DNA of 63,806 bases, the filler included, from Octopus bimaculoides (Eukaryota), in assembly GCF_001194135.2 (NCBI RefSeq). It is 10 parts of 10 records of this genome, joined end to end, with 100 filler letters (N's around TTAATTAATTAA, not from the genome) between each part and the next. Parts side by side here need not be neighbours in the genome. Positions count along the whole stretch, not along the records: positions 1 to 9,983 come from NC_068983.1; positions 10,084 to 12,753 come from NC_068995.1; positions 12,854 to 27,720 come from NC_069003.1; 7 more parts are not named here. One strand, given 5' to 3'. The position numbers and the translations under genes were made by a program. How positions within the stretch are numbered: the stretch's first letter is position 1; every line of letters begins with the position of its first letter. Under the pieces are notes generated by a model. It ran no database searches, was not told where the DNA came from, and saw nothing but the letters and a program-made list of their open reading frames with translations. This document shows positions 1 through 12,916 of the stretch, in pieces.

Positions 1-83
1 TATATATATATATACACATATATATATATATATATATATTATAACATATATGCATATGTATACACATTATATATAATATATGT

Positions 84-117
<34 letters not shown>

Positions 118-200
118 CAATACAAAGATTATATATATATATTATAATATATATGCGTATGTATACACATTATATATATAATATATATATATATACCTAT
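1..200. repeat. (TA)n microsatellite, representative of dozens of TA/CA/GA/TATG tracts
   Basis: Directly visible; most N gaps are bordered by such tracts. Confidence 0.97.
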
Positions 201-1704
201 ATGTGTGTTTATGTATGTATTCATATGTATAATACTAGGTTACGAATATTTCGGTACAGAGAGTTTGGCAGAGAGAAAGTGATAAAGAAAGAGAGAGAAA
301 AAAAGAGAGAATGAGAGAGAGAAAATTTTGAGGAGAAATGAAAGAAGTGATGTTGAGGTACTCGCTAATACATACTAGAAAGGAGAAATATTGCTAAACA
401 AAGTTTCACTGTAATGTGATGAGAAAAATAACAGTATCAAAGCATGTCCCAAAATATGTTAGCAGAAATCAAAGGAGAACAGCTGGATATAAAGAACATT
501 AGGAGAGAAATTAAACGGCAACCGGGTTAGGTCTATAAAAGATCAAAAAGACTAACGCCGCGAAGTATAATCCCAAAACAAGGAGAGAGAGAGAGGGGGG
601 AGAGAGAGAGGGAAAGAGAGAGAGGGGGAAAGAGAGAGGGGGGAAGAGAGAGAGGGGAGAAGGACGAGGAAGCGGATGGTGGTGGTGGTGCTGGTTGTTG
701 TGATGATGATGATGATGATGAGGAGGAGGAGGAGGAGGAAACAAGGTAGTCAGAAAACCATAGGTATTGAAAGTTGCTGTTCCGAATGAACATTTCCGAT
801 GAGAAAAACAACGATAGACAGGAATATAGACCTTGTCTGCGACGTATTTGTTCAATATGCGAATGATTTGAAGTGCATTGATGTAGCTACTGTGTATGAC
901 CACATCACATTAACACAGGATAACAATCTTGATTTCAGGTTAGTGAAATTTTGCCCTAATTATGTAGTCACGTATGAAAATCTTACGTGTTGTGTCTAAA
1001 CATCTACGTTGTTCATGGTGGCTAGCTAGCAGCATCGTTGGTACACCGGGTGAAATGCTCAGTGGAATTTCGTCAGTCATTATGTTTTGAGTTCAAATTC
1101 TGATGAAGTTGATTTCGTCTTTCATCCATTCGTAGTCGATTAAATAATTACAATTTGATTACTTGGGTAACCGATTTACCCGATTTACTGGGGTAACCGA
1201 TTTACCCCCTCCCCTGAAATTGCTGGCCTTGTGCCAAAATTGGAAACCGTTATTTGTGTTTTTGTTATAATTCTAAGGAATTTATAGAAGACATAACTCC
1301 ATTGCAATAGCATCCTTCGAGAACCAGTTTAAAGCATCGACAGAATCGGATTGATTTAGCATCAACCAAGAACATTTTTCAGTTATAAGCTCGAAACTGG
1401 GAATTTTGAAGGAAACAGCTTGTCGATAACATCGACTCCAGTATTCAACTGGCAGTTATTTTATCGACCACCCAAAAAATTAAAGGCAAAGTCAACCACG
1501 GCTGAATGTGAAACCGAGAACGTTAAGCCAGAAGAAATGCTACGAGTACTTTGACCTGCGTGCTAAAGACTTTGCCAGCTCACCGAAAGAAATCGCGTTA
1601 GAAAATTTGATAATATACAGAAATTACCAAGCGTATGCCGATACATAGAGAGAAAGAGAAGTGAAAGATAGGAAGGAGGAGGAGAAGAGAGAACATGATA
1701 TATT

Positions 1705-1918
1705 CTTGTATTCTTGCATTTATTTCAGTCATTTGACTGCGGCCATGCTGGAGCACCGCCTTTTGTCGAGCAAATCGACCCCAGGACTTATTCCTTGTAA
1801 GCCTAGTACTTATTCTATCGGTCTCTGTTGCCAAACCACTAAGCTACGGGGACGTAAACACACCAGCATCGGTTGTCAAGCGATGCTGGGGGGACAAATA
1901 CAGACACACAAACATATA
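1705..1918 (-). mobile_element. SINE family A 3' half
   Basis: Reverse complement of the 3' half of 8155-8612; runs into a gap. Confidence 0.85.
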
Positions 1919-2599
1919 NNNNNNNNNNNNNNNNNNNNNNNNNNNNNNNNNNNNNNNNNNNNNNNNNNNNNNNNNNNNNNNNNNNNNNNNNNNNNNNNNN
2001 NNNNNNNNNNNNNNNNNNNNNNNNNNNNNNNNNNNNNNNNNNNNNNNNNNNNNNNNNNNNNNNNNNNNNNNNNNNNNNNNNNNNNNNNNNNNNNNNNNNN
2101 NNNNNNNNNNNNNNNNNNNNNNNNNNNNNNNNNNNNNNNNNNNNNNNNNNNNNNNNNNNNNNNNNNNNNNNNNNNNNNNNNNNNNNNNNNNNNNNNNNNN
2201 NNNNNNNNNNNNNNNNNNNNNNNNNNNNNNNNNNNNNNNNNNNNNNNNNNNNNNNNNNNNNNNNNNNNNNNNNNNNNNNNNNNNNNNNNNNNNNNNNNNN
2301 NNNNNNNNNNNNNNNNNNNNNNNNNNNNNNNNNNNNNNNNNNNNNNNNNNNNNNNNNNNNNNNNNNNNNNNNNNNNNNNNNNNNNNNNNNNNNNNNNNNN
2401 NNNNNNNNNNNNNNNNNNNNNNNNNNNNNNNNNNNNNNNNNNNNNNNNNNNNNGTAAATGATTATATGCATATATACGTACAGGTATGTGCATACCGACA
2501 TCCACCTGTACGTATAGGTGCATATCTGGGTACAGGACATTGCAAACAAAACGTAGACGAGAAAACACACAAGCCACATAGAGAACATTCTTCTTCATC

Positions 2600-2900
2600 A
2601 GCTACCCCCGTTTTAACACCAGCGTTTCGAAGAGCTGGGCAGGACGCATCGTTAAAACGGCTCTTCCCATGGACCGCAAATTAAATCTTGACATGGAGGA
2701 ATGTAGTGGCGGACATAAAACAAGACAGGAAAACAAACAGAAAAGGCTTTACGGCCAGACGAGAAAAATTATGTGTGTATGAACGCTGTGAGGCAGGATC
2801 TTGAAAGTAGGGACGAAACAGTTCGCGTGTTTGCTTGGTGATAGCCAAGGAAGAAAAGGATTATTGACCTGAAGCATGTGACCAAGCCGGTGTAAGGGGA
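2600..2900 (+). mobile_element. Highly decayed LINE 3' end (RTE-like)
   Basis: Frameshifted remnants resembling W-x-x-AVRQDLES and IAK-x-RK LINE terminal motifs; higher GC than flanks. Confidence 0.35.
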
Positions 2901-3007
2901 AGAGAGAGAGAGAGTGGTAGAGGGAGAAACAAAGGGAGGAAGTAAATGAATAGGTGAGCAACGAGAGGAATAGAGAAAGAGAGGAAGCACGAGGGGGAAA
3001 AAAGAGA

Positions 3008-3186
3008 TACGATATATATATATACGACGAGTTTCTTTCAGTTTCCGTCTACCAAATCCACTCACAAGGCTTTGGTCGACCCGAGGTAGAAGACACCTGC
3101 CCAAGGTGCCACGCTGTGGGACTGTACCCGGGACCATGTGGTTGGGAAGCAAGCTACTTACCACACAGCCACTCCTGCGCCTATAG
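3008..3186 (-). mobile_element. SINE family A 5' half
   Basis: Reverse complement of the head through gaaactgaaagaa; ends in (TA)n. Similar 5' halves at 7095-7230, 34690-34855, 35375-35480 and 37880-38050. Confidence 0.85.
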
Positions 3187-3365
3187 GTAAATTTCATGAT
3201 AGTTCCGTAATCTTTCAATGAGAGAAAACATGTTCCTCGATCAGTTGCGTTTCAATAAAATTGTTCCTTTTACTGGGCATATAATCACCATTATCTTCAT
3301 CTACCTACTTACCTACCTATCTATTTATCTACCAATTATCTTTTTACTCTTCTCCTTTCTCCCTC

Positions 3366-3434
<69 letters not shown>

Positions 3435-6400
3435 GTACTTATATATATATATATATATGTGCACCAGCATGACCGCAGCCACTTGACTGAAACACATAAA
3501 TAAATAAATAAATAAATATATATATATATATAAATACACAAATATACATATATACAAATGCATATAGACTTACATACACACAGAAACGTGTGTAGACGTA
3601 TGTGTGTATATGTATGCGTGTATGTATATGTGTTTGTTTGTATCGAAATAAATGAGAATAAATAAATTCGAAAATATTTTTCATAAGTATCCGTTTCCTG
3701 TTGATTTTTTTTCTTCTTTCTTTGATTTCTTCCATTCTTTGTTCATTGCTACTACGAAAGCTTCCTGGTGTGAAACTACTAATTTCTTTGGGTTTTTGTT
3801 TCTACTGTAATATCAAGCTATGTTGTTGTTGTTGTTGCAACAGTTTCTTTTTACCCCTTTTCGAGTCTAATATTTTGCTGCACATTCCCTAATCTCTTTA
3901 CATCTAGCACGCACGTCGCGTGCTAGATGAGAAATTGAGAGTACACTAGTTAGTTTGCTTCGAAGATGGCTACAAACTTCACAGAGCAATACAACGAGGA
4001 TGTGTGAGTTCAGAGGGTCTGTCTCTTCCTGCTTTCGTATCAACACCTCTTCCGTTCTGAACTGACTGATGTTTCCACTGGAGTATACAAGGCTCCCTTC
4101 AACAGGCCAATGGAACACACATTAAGCATATCCCGACGCTGCTGCCTACAATAATGAACTGCATCTCATAGTGCAAGATACTGGTGTAATTATAGCTTTG
4201 ATGTTCTTCATACAATTTCTGTTTAAACCCAAACGTCATGAGAAAATAGAACATCGTGCTAACACTACAGCTGATGGTATTAATGATATTCAAAGTGTAG
4301 CTCTTATTGCAATGAGTTTGTGGCGATCCCATTACTTGTAAGATTCAGATATGTATTATTGATGATACTACGAGAAGGAGCCGTTCAGAATTTTGCTAAT
4401 GAAGACAGCTTAATAATCATGAGAGTCACGAAAATCTTACGGATGAATAATACCAATATATTATCATTTATTATAAAACAACATGAATATGACCAGAATA
4501 TTATATGATGATTTTATAAAGAGTGGTTTACTTCGGTACAAAATGATAAAGAAAATCGTTATTACGGTGCGAATATATAGATAAGACTGTATGACTGTAA
4601 TTGAATAATACCATAATAGTAGACGATAAAACTATCTAGTTTGGTAAATTTCCAAAAGACAGTTTTAAATGTACAGTCAGAATTTTTAGAAAACCAATAA
4701 ACGTTTATCCTCGAGACAAGAATGACAATAGTGGTGACAACAGTCTACTTAAAAGTGGTGACTTCTAACTTTGGCACACGGCCACAAATATATCGGGGAG
4801 AGGAACAGCCAACCGAATTGATAAAGTGCAGAACTTGGCTAAAATATATTTTATCGATTTCAAAAAAGATGAAAGATGGAAATGACCCAGGTGGAATTTG
4901 AATTCGCGAAGTAAACAATACGTAAGTAGGTACCGCCATTTACCACGAAAATAAAAACGATTTAAAAAAAAATCTTGTCACAAGGCCAGCACCAATTAAA
5001 GACAACCTATTATTTCTACCATTTGCCAACATATTTTCAAAATGTTAATGGTTTGATATATAGACGAAAGGTCAAAAATAAGACTTGTAGAGTAGGTAAT
5101 TATATCTTACTGTACATGTACTTTATTTCATCGGCCGATTTGGTCACTGACAACATTTTTTAATCTGTTCTTTTGCAAATGATTTTTACATTGTATAGAA
5201 TCTTCCCTCTCATTTTTCTCCAAACTACTAAGGTTAGAATAATATCCTATTAGCATAGGTTTTGCAACACCTTATTGGTACGCTTAATTCACGCTTTGTC
5301 TAGTAAATAGACCAGTAGTTATGAAATACATTTCTTCTTCCGCAACAGGATATCGAACCGCAGCGACTTTATCCAACACTCGGAAGCTTAATTTTCTATT
5401 CACGCCATTTACAACCCTCACAGAAACAATACTATCAGTTTAAAGTTGTGAAATCTAATAATCTCTGAAAAGAAAAATGATTTCTTCACCGATCTCTAAA
5501 ACAACCACTCCACGTATAGTTTTCTTCTCTTTTTATATTTGTATCATCATATTCTTCTTTTCTTCGAATTTCTCTCCTTCTCTTATCCTCTCTTTCATTC
5601 TCTCTTTAAATACATTATATTTAAATCTCTCTCTCCTTACCTCTTTTTGCTTCTTTTCCTGTCTTAGTTGCATTATTTCTCCCTTACATTAAATTTTGTC
5701 TTCATTATTCTTGTTTTCATGTTNNNNNNNNNNNNNNNNNNNNNNNNNNNNNNNNNNNNNNNNNNNNNNNNNNNNNNNNNNNNNNNNNNNNNNNNNNNNN
5801 NNNNNNNNNNNNNNNNNNNNNNNNNNNNNNNNNNNNNNNNNNNNNNNNNNNNNNNNNNNNNNNNNNNNNNNNNNNNNNNNNNNNNTATATATATATATAT
5901 TTGAACTTTATTCTTTTATTTATTTCTGGAATAATTCTAGCAGATCCGATGTTGGATACGTGACATGAGAATGAAACTGAAGGATTTTTGCATTAAGTAG
6001 GCAATTAAACAAAGAACACATGAATTTTAGTTTGGATTTAAAAGGATTCAACTATCGGCTTACATGTTTTATTCCATTATTTTATTTCCTTTTCTACAAT
6101 ATTTTTCCTTTTTGTGTGTGCGTGTAAGACGAAGATATTTCTTTATTCCTTTTTCTTCAAATTTCAATCGTTCCAAAGACGAAGGAGGTAACATTGGCAG
6201 AAACACGGTGGCAGAATGATGTCGGACATGATACCTTACTGTATATAATTTTGTCTCTGTGACGATTTTCATTCAAAAATAGCCGATTATTCCACCCTTT
6301 TGTAGACAATTGACTACATATCTCTTCTTTACCGAACACAATATCTGTACGTTTAAGTAAGAAAGTAATATTCGTCGTAAATACTGTTATCGTGTGTTGG

Positions 6401-6910
6401 CGTATGTATTAGACGTAAATATCACAAGACTGAAGGTTAATTTCGGAAGAAAATCGACAGAAAGACATTACTACGCTATTGCTTAAGCACAGTTTGCATA
6501 TTTTTTTTTCACTCAAATATTTATAGACAAACAGTTTTCCTGATTACATATACATGCGAACCTAAACATACGCCCACTTACAAAACTACACAGAAATGAT
6601 TCTATGCATATGTGTACGTGTATATGTATGTATATTTATTTCTTTATTGCACACAAGGGCTAAACATAGAGGGAACAAACAAGGATAGACAAAGGGATTA
6701 GGTCGATTACATCCACCCCAATGCGTAAGTGGTATTTAATAGACCTCGAAAGGATGAAAGGCAAAGTCGACCTCGGCTGAAAGAACCGCTCGTGATTGGT
6801 ATGCCAAGTTCAAAAATGGAAATTTTGACCTCAACGACACACCTCGTTCTGGCCGTCCAGTTGAAGAGCGACTAAACCAACTTTTGCTTCAACACACACG
6901 CACACACACA

Positions 6911-6952
<42 letters not shown>

Positions 6953-6971
6953 NNNNNNNNNNNNNNNNNNN

Positions 6972-7004
<33 letters not shown>

Positions 7005-7499
7005 AAATTTACAGAAAAACAAAAGATGAAGACAAGTGTATTTGCGCGCGCACAAATACATACATATACAAATATGTACATATATATACTATAGACTTCC
7101 ACACGGTACTCCTCTACCGAATTTGCTCACACAACATTCGTTGGCTCAGATCTATAGCAGACACTTGCCTAAGGCGTCGTGGAGTGGAGTGAAACTGGTC
7201 TGTATTCAACGTGGTTTTGAACTGTAGTTCTTAACCTCACTCTTTGCCTTCATTAGATTATAAATGATCGTTGGAATTGTGATTAAGGAAGAACAGGTTA
7301 GAAGATTTTCAGTTGAGAGAGTACACTAGTATGTTACAAGCATGATGATTTGAATTGCTTGCCTCAGTTTATTGACCATACAATGCACTCTCTAAATATA
7401 AGTATTCACGGGTCTATATGTTCTGGCATTGGCGGATCTCTAGTAATAGACAAAATTGATAATGAAAACAATCAATAAATTTCGGTTTTGATCACCTTT

Positions 7500-7990
7500 G
7501 GGTATGTCGGTGCAGGGACAAGGGTATTTAGCAGGATCACTATCAGAGCAGAAGGACAAACCTTCGAGTCATCACGTCTCTTGTGCTTTATAGTTGCGAG
7601 ACTTAGACACTGCCCGGCATCCTTAGGAGCTGCTTGATCTCTTTTGGTGCCCGAACGCTTCGCAGGATTAAGACTTACCATTGATCGGATTTTATCTATC
7701 ACCGACGATTAAATTCAGAAACTGGGTTGCAGCCTGTTACTTGTATGACTCGGTAGCGTCAGCTGAGACTGTTGGGTTATGTTGCTCGATTTTCCACGTT
7801 GCATCCTGCGTATCGTTTTCTCTTCACTGAGAATCCGGCTAAGTCGACGGTTCGTTTTGGTCGTAAGGATGCTCGTTAGGATGCCCACCTGGATCCGAGC
7901 AAATACCGACAAATGATGGATGCAGCAATGATGGAGCAGTAATCCGTTGCAGCGGTACATGCCACCACAACTTGTCTGAACGTTCTTTCG
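7500..7990 (+). mobile_element. RTE LINE 3' fragment (ORF C-terminus)
   Basis: Reads SRRTNLRVITSLVLYSCET*TL...SFGARTLRRI...ETGLQPVTCMTR*RQLRLLGYVARFP...LDPSKYRQMMDAA, typical of the RTE C-terminus; contains stops. Confidence 0.8.
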
Positions 7991-8154
7991 TTCCAGAAAT
8001 GACATCCGAATAACCAGAAAAATGGGTGGCTCTGAAGTAAAGTGTTGTAATATATTCTTAATTCCATCTTTACTGAAGCTAATTTCAACTATTTCTTATT
8101 TCAATAATATTTCATTCTTTCATAGAATATTGTCGAATGTTTTTAAGAACATGA

Positions 8155-8328
8155 ATAGGCGCAGGAGTGGCTGTGTGGTAAGTAGCTTGCTTACCAACCA
8201 CATGGTTCCGGGTTCAGTCCCACTGCATGGCACCTTGGGCAAGTGTCTTCTACTATAGCCTCGGGCCAACCAAAGCCTTGTGAGTGGATTTGGTAGACGG
8301 AAACTGAAAGAAGCCCGTCGTATATATG

Positions 8329-8365
<37 letters not shown>

Positions 8366-8612
8366 ATGTGTGTGTGAGTGTATATATTTGTGTTTCTGTG
8401 TTTGTTCCCCCAACATCACTTGACAACCGATGCTGGTGTGCTTACGTCCCCGTAACTTAGTGGTTCGGTTTGTATAAGAGACTGATAGAACAAGTACTTG
8501 GCTTACAAAGAATAAGTGCTGAGGTCGATTTGCTCGACTAAAGGCGGTGCTCCAGCATGGTCGCAGTCAAATGACTGAAACAAGTAAAAGAGTAAAAGAG
8601 TAAAGAGTAAAG
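8155..8612 (+). mobile_element. tRNA-derived SINE family A, full length with internal microsatellite
   Basis: Head ggcgcaggagtggctgtgtggtaag..ggttcagtcc (A/B boxes); CORE-like ggcaccttgggcaagtgtc; internal (TA)n(TG)n; 3' tail gactgaaacaagtaaaagagtaaaagag. Confidence 0.9.
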
Positions 8613-9077
8613 AGAGAAATGAACGAAAATATTCTCCAACTTCGTCATTCAGTTTTTGCTTCTCCAATTACAGAATTATAGATAAAAGATATCCTCTAAA
8701 ATAATTTTGTATTTAGAATGATATTTGTTATGAAAATAGAACAGAATTAATTAACAGAATCTTCAGAGCGTCAGAAAACATGCCTGCTGCACTTATTCCT
8801 GCACTTTGCATAGAAAGATCAAATGCCGCTGAAGTCAACTTAAATTTTCATCCTTTCGGAGTCGATCAAATAAAGTACCAGCCAAGTGTAGTGGGTTTGT
8901 GTCTAAATCAGAAACTCATTAAAGTTGGTGTGACGGCAAAATCGTTACAGTCGAAAGAATATGAAGTTCAAATTCTTGAAGTCGGCAAAATATGTACCTG
9001 TTGAAGCACTGAAGTCTATGTAATTCACTAACACCTTACCACCAAAATTGCTAACGTACCAAAACTTTTTTTAGGAT

Positions 9078-9275
9078 TATTATTATTTAAGACGTCGCAC
9101 AGTATCCAATATCGTGTTGTTGCTGATTGAAGATATTGAGTCTACCGGAGGTTTGTACTGTTTCTCAAGTCACAAGGACCAAAGACTGACAGTATTTACG
9201 CAATATGCATGCAGATCCAAGTAATACCGATTTTTGCAATACACCAAGATTGTAGGGTACTTCTAAAGTTTTCAG
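9078..9275 (-). mobile_element. R4/Dong-clade LINE 3' end
   Basis: Minus reads LKTLEVPYNLGVLQKSVLLGSACILRK, followed by a 3' UTR and (TAA)n tail. Confidence 0.7.
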
Positions 9276-9635
9276 ATTATTATTAGTATTATTATTTTCA
9301 TATACATGCAACAGATTAGACTGTTGGAAATTTGGAAAAAAATTAATCCTAACATCGGGCTACAACAATTAGACTTAGATGCCTAGAACCCTCCTATTGT
9401 GTTAGAGCAAATAAACTTAGATGTCAATAACCCTCCTAAGTTTCCTAGTTGTCCTTAATAACACTGTTTTCTGAAGCTGTACTAAACTGGATTTTATGCC
9501 TACTTCCTCTATCCATCTGTTCAGATATTTAGTGATAGTTCCCAATGCCCCTATAACTACTGGGATACATTTTACCTGCACTTTCCATAGTCACTGTAAT
9601 TCAATAGTTAGGTTCTGGTACTTTGTTATTTTTTC

Positions 9636-9983
9636 TATTATTATTATTATTCAGTAGTTTTATTTTTATAACGTGCTTTCACTTCACTACCGAGCGCAGC
9701 TCTGTGCGCCTTGGGTATGTGCTGTGGTTTGCTGTGGTGCTCTTATGTTTACTGTATTGAAAGTGTTTTGCGTAGGATGTGTGCACTACCCAGTAGTGCA
9801 ATTTTCTGTATGTTATATATATTTGTAAGTCCTGCTATTTTTGTTATGTATTTGTCTGAATATTTTTTTATTATACCTAAGGCACCTACTATGATAGGAA
9901 TTGTTTCTGTTTTTAGATTCCACATTCGAGTTATCTCTATTTCCAGGTCTTTGTATTTTGAAAGTTTTTCCATTTCTTTCAGA
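9636..9983 (-). mobile_element. R4/Dong-clade LINE 3' end (restriction-like endonuclease C-terminus)
   Basis: ORF EKLSKYKDLEIEITRMWNLKTETIPIIVGALG...IQKIALLGSAHILRKTLSIQ*, then 3' UTR and (TAA)n tail; 5' end runs into a gap. Confidence 0.9.
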
Positions 9984-10083
9984 NNNNNNNNNNNNNNNNN
10001 NNNNNNNNNNNNNNNNNNNNNNNNNNNTTAATTAATTAANNNNNNNNNNNNNNNNNNNNNNNNNNNNNNNNNNNNNNNNNNNN
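9984..10083. other. Synthetic 100 bp scaffold gap: 44 N + TTAATTAATTAA + 44 N
   Basis: The same 12-mer sits inside N runs at 10028, 12798, 27765, 30138, 34525, 45656, 57637, 59965 and 62060; it has stops in all six frames. Confidence 0.95.
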
Positions 10084-10379
10084 CACACACACACACACAC
10101 ACACACACACGCTCAAACACACACACACACACACGCTCAAACACACACACACACACACGCTCAAACACACGTACCAGTAAGCAAACATCTGTAGAAAGCC
10201 CTACATTCACAAACACACAGGCGCGCGCGCGCGCACACACACACACACACATATATATACAGCATGTATGTATATACATGTATATAATACATATGTGTCA
10301 ATATGCTTAGATGTATATGCATGTAGGTATATACATAACTGTACATTTAAACACACACACATATGCGTAATGTGAGTGC

Positions 10380-10411
<32 letters not shown>

Positions 10412-11806
10412 GAGTGTATATGCATATATGTATACATATATATATGCGCTTTTGTACACACATAAATATGCATTTATGTAGATACATACATAAATATCTT
10501 TCTATATAAATATATATAGATATATATATTTATATATATATATATATGCATACATATATATACATATATATATACATGTATATATATATTTATATATATT
10601 TGTATATATACACATAAATATAAACTCGTACGAGTGCATTCACACATATATGTGTGTGTTTGTGGATGTGTGTGTATGTAGAAATCTGCCCACATGTATT
10701 CAAATACGTACGTATCCGCGTATGCATGTAGATCTTCGTATGTGTACCTATATGGGCCTTAATTTTTTTTTTCAAATTACCGATAGTAATATCCAGTTTA
10801 TTTCATCAAATCATTTCCCAGTGTGTGTGTGGGGGGGGGGGGNNNNNNNNNNNNNNNNNNNNNNNNNNNNNNNNNNNNNNNNNNNNNNNNNNNNNNNNNN
10901 NNNNNNNNNNNNNNNNNNNNNNNNNNNNNNNNNNNNNNNNNNNNNNNNNNNNNNNNNNNNNNNNNNNNNNNNNNNNNNNNNNNNNNNNNNNNNNNNNNNN
11001 NNNNNNNNNNNNNNNNNNNNNNNNNNNNNNNNNNNNNNNNNNNNNNNNNNNNNNNNNNNNNNNNNNNNNNNNNNNNNNNNNNNNNNNNNNNNNNNNNNNN
11101 NNNNNNNNNNNNNNNNNNNNNNNNNNNNNNNNNNNNNNNNNNNNNNNNNNNNNNNNNNNNNNNNNNNNNNNNNNNNNNNNNNNNNNNNNNNNNNNNNNNN
11201 NNNNNNNNNNNNNNNNNNNNNNNNNNNNNNNNNNNNNNNNNNNNNNNNNNNNNNNNNNNNNNNNNNNNNNNNNNNNNNNNNNNNNNNNNNNNNNNNNNNN
11301 NNNNNNNNNNNNNNNNNNNNNNNNNNNNNNNNNNNNNNNNNNNNNNNNNNNNNNNNNNNNNNNNNNNNNNNNNNNNNNNNNNNNNNNNNNNNNNNNNNNN
11401 NNNNNNNNNNNNNNNNNNNNNNNNNNNNNNNNNNNNNNNNNNNNNNNNNNNNNNNNNNNNNNNNNNNNNNNNNNNNNNNNNNNNNNNNNNNNNNNNNNNN
11501 NNNNNNNNNNNNNNNNNNNNNNNNNNNNNNNNNNNNNNNNNNNNNNNNNNNNNNNNNNNNNNNNNNNNNNNNNNNNNNNNNNNNNNNNNNNNNNNNNNNN
11601 NNNNNNNNNNNNNNNNNNNNNNNNNNNNNNNNNNNNNNNNNNNNNNNNNNNNNNNNNNNNNNNNNNNNNNNNNNNNNNNNNNNNNNNNNNNNNNNNNNNN
11701 NNNNNNNNNNNNNNNNNNNNNNNNNNNNNNNNNNNNNNNNNNNNNNNNNNNNNNNNNNNNNNNNNNNNNNNNNNNNNNNNNNNNNNNNNNNNNNNNNNNN
11801 NNNNNN

Positions 11807-11878
<72 letters not shown>

Positions 11879-12853
11879 TGCCATATATGCCACTGTATAA
11901 ATCTGTGTGTTTGTGGGGGCGGTTCTTGTGGTGTGAATTAACGAGGCTGCCATTGTGACAGATTCACTGAATTTGTGCTTTGTTAATATAATTGTATTTT
12001 GTTGATAACTGTTAAAAATATTTTCAAATAAATTTCAGATCTATTCTCGCTAAACTAAATCTGATCGTAAATTCAACAGCTTTGATCAAAGTTTCACGCT
12101 GCCCGATCTTGTGTTCATCAAATGTAACAAAGATGTATATATCACACGATTACCCCGTTCAGTATGTCTGACTTAGCGTTAAGAATTTTGCAATACCGCA
12201 GCCCTGGGTTCGATAAGCTGTGAAGCATTTTACGCATGTAGAATGGGTTTGGTATAACTCACCATATTTTTCGGGACGATAACTGTTAAATATCAACCAG
12301 ATCTCGGGCTCAATGTCAGCGATTAACCTCTTCACTTCAGAATTACTCACTTTGTGCTCAAACCAGAAATAATTATTTTGCTTTGTCCGTTTGCTTTGTA
12401 AGCATGCATANNNNNNNNNNGGGGGGGGGGTATGTGCATGTGTCTGATTATATGTCCCGATCTGACTGTCGATAACCAATCGCTGTATTCATGAAAAGGT
12501 TCTGTGCAAACAAGCAGCTAGGCGTATATACGGAAACACATACACACGCAATGCGCAAGTATACACATGTATGCAGAAATATATACACACATATCTATGC
12601 TAATGAAATCATGTAAATGTATAGAAAGAATCAAAACAGCCGAGTGAATTTCAAGGAAAAAGCCACACGCACGTATTCGCTAGTAAATATGCTTCTGCAT
12701 GTTTGCATATACATAAATATACATACATGTTTGTATGTATGCATATATATATANNNNNNNNNNNNNNNNNNNNNNNNNNNNNNNNNNNNNNNNNNNNTTA
12801 ATTAATTAANNNNNNNNNNNNNNNNNNNNNNNNNNNNNNNNNNNNNNNNNNNN

Positions 12854-12916
<63 letters not shown>

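Noticed and set aside
10028-10039. Recurrent TTAATTAATTAA 12-mer (nine copies)
   Set aside because: Always centred in 100 bp N gaps with stops in all frames: a synthetic scaffolding linker, not a biological motif.
10650-11953. Long ORFs of 250-470 aa in the supplied track, here and at other gaps
   Set aside because: They are translations through N runs and dinucleotide repeats (YIYI, HTHT, ERER, VRSF).
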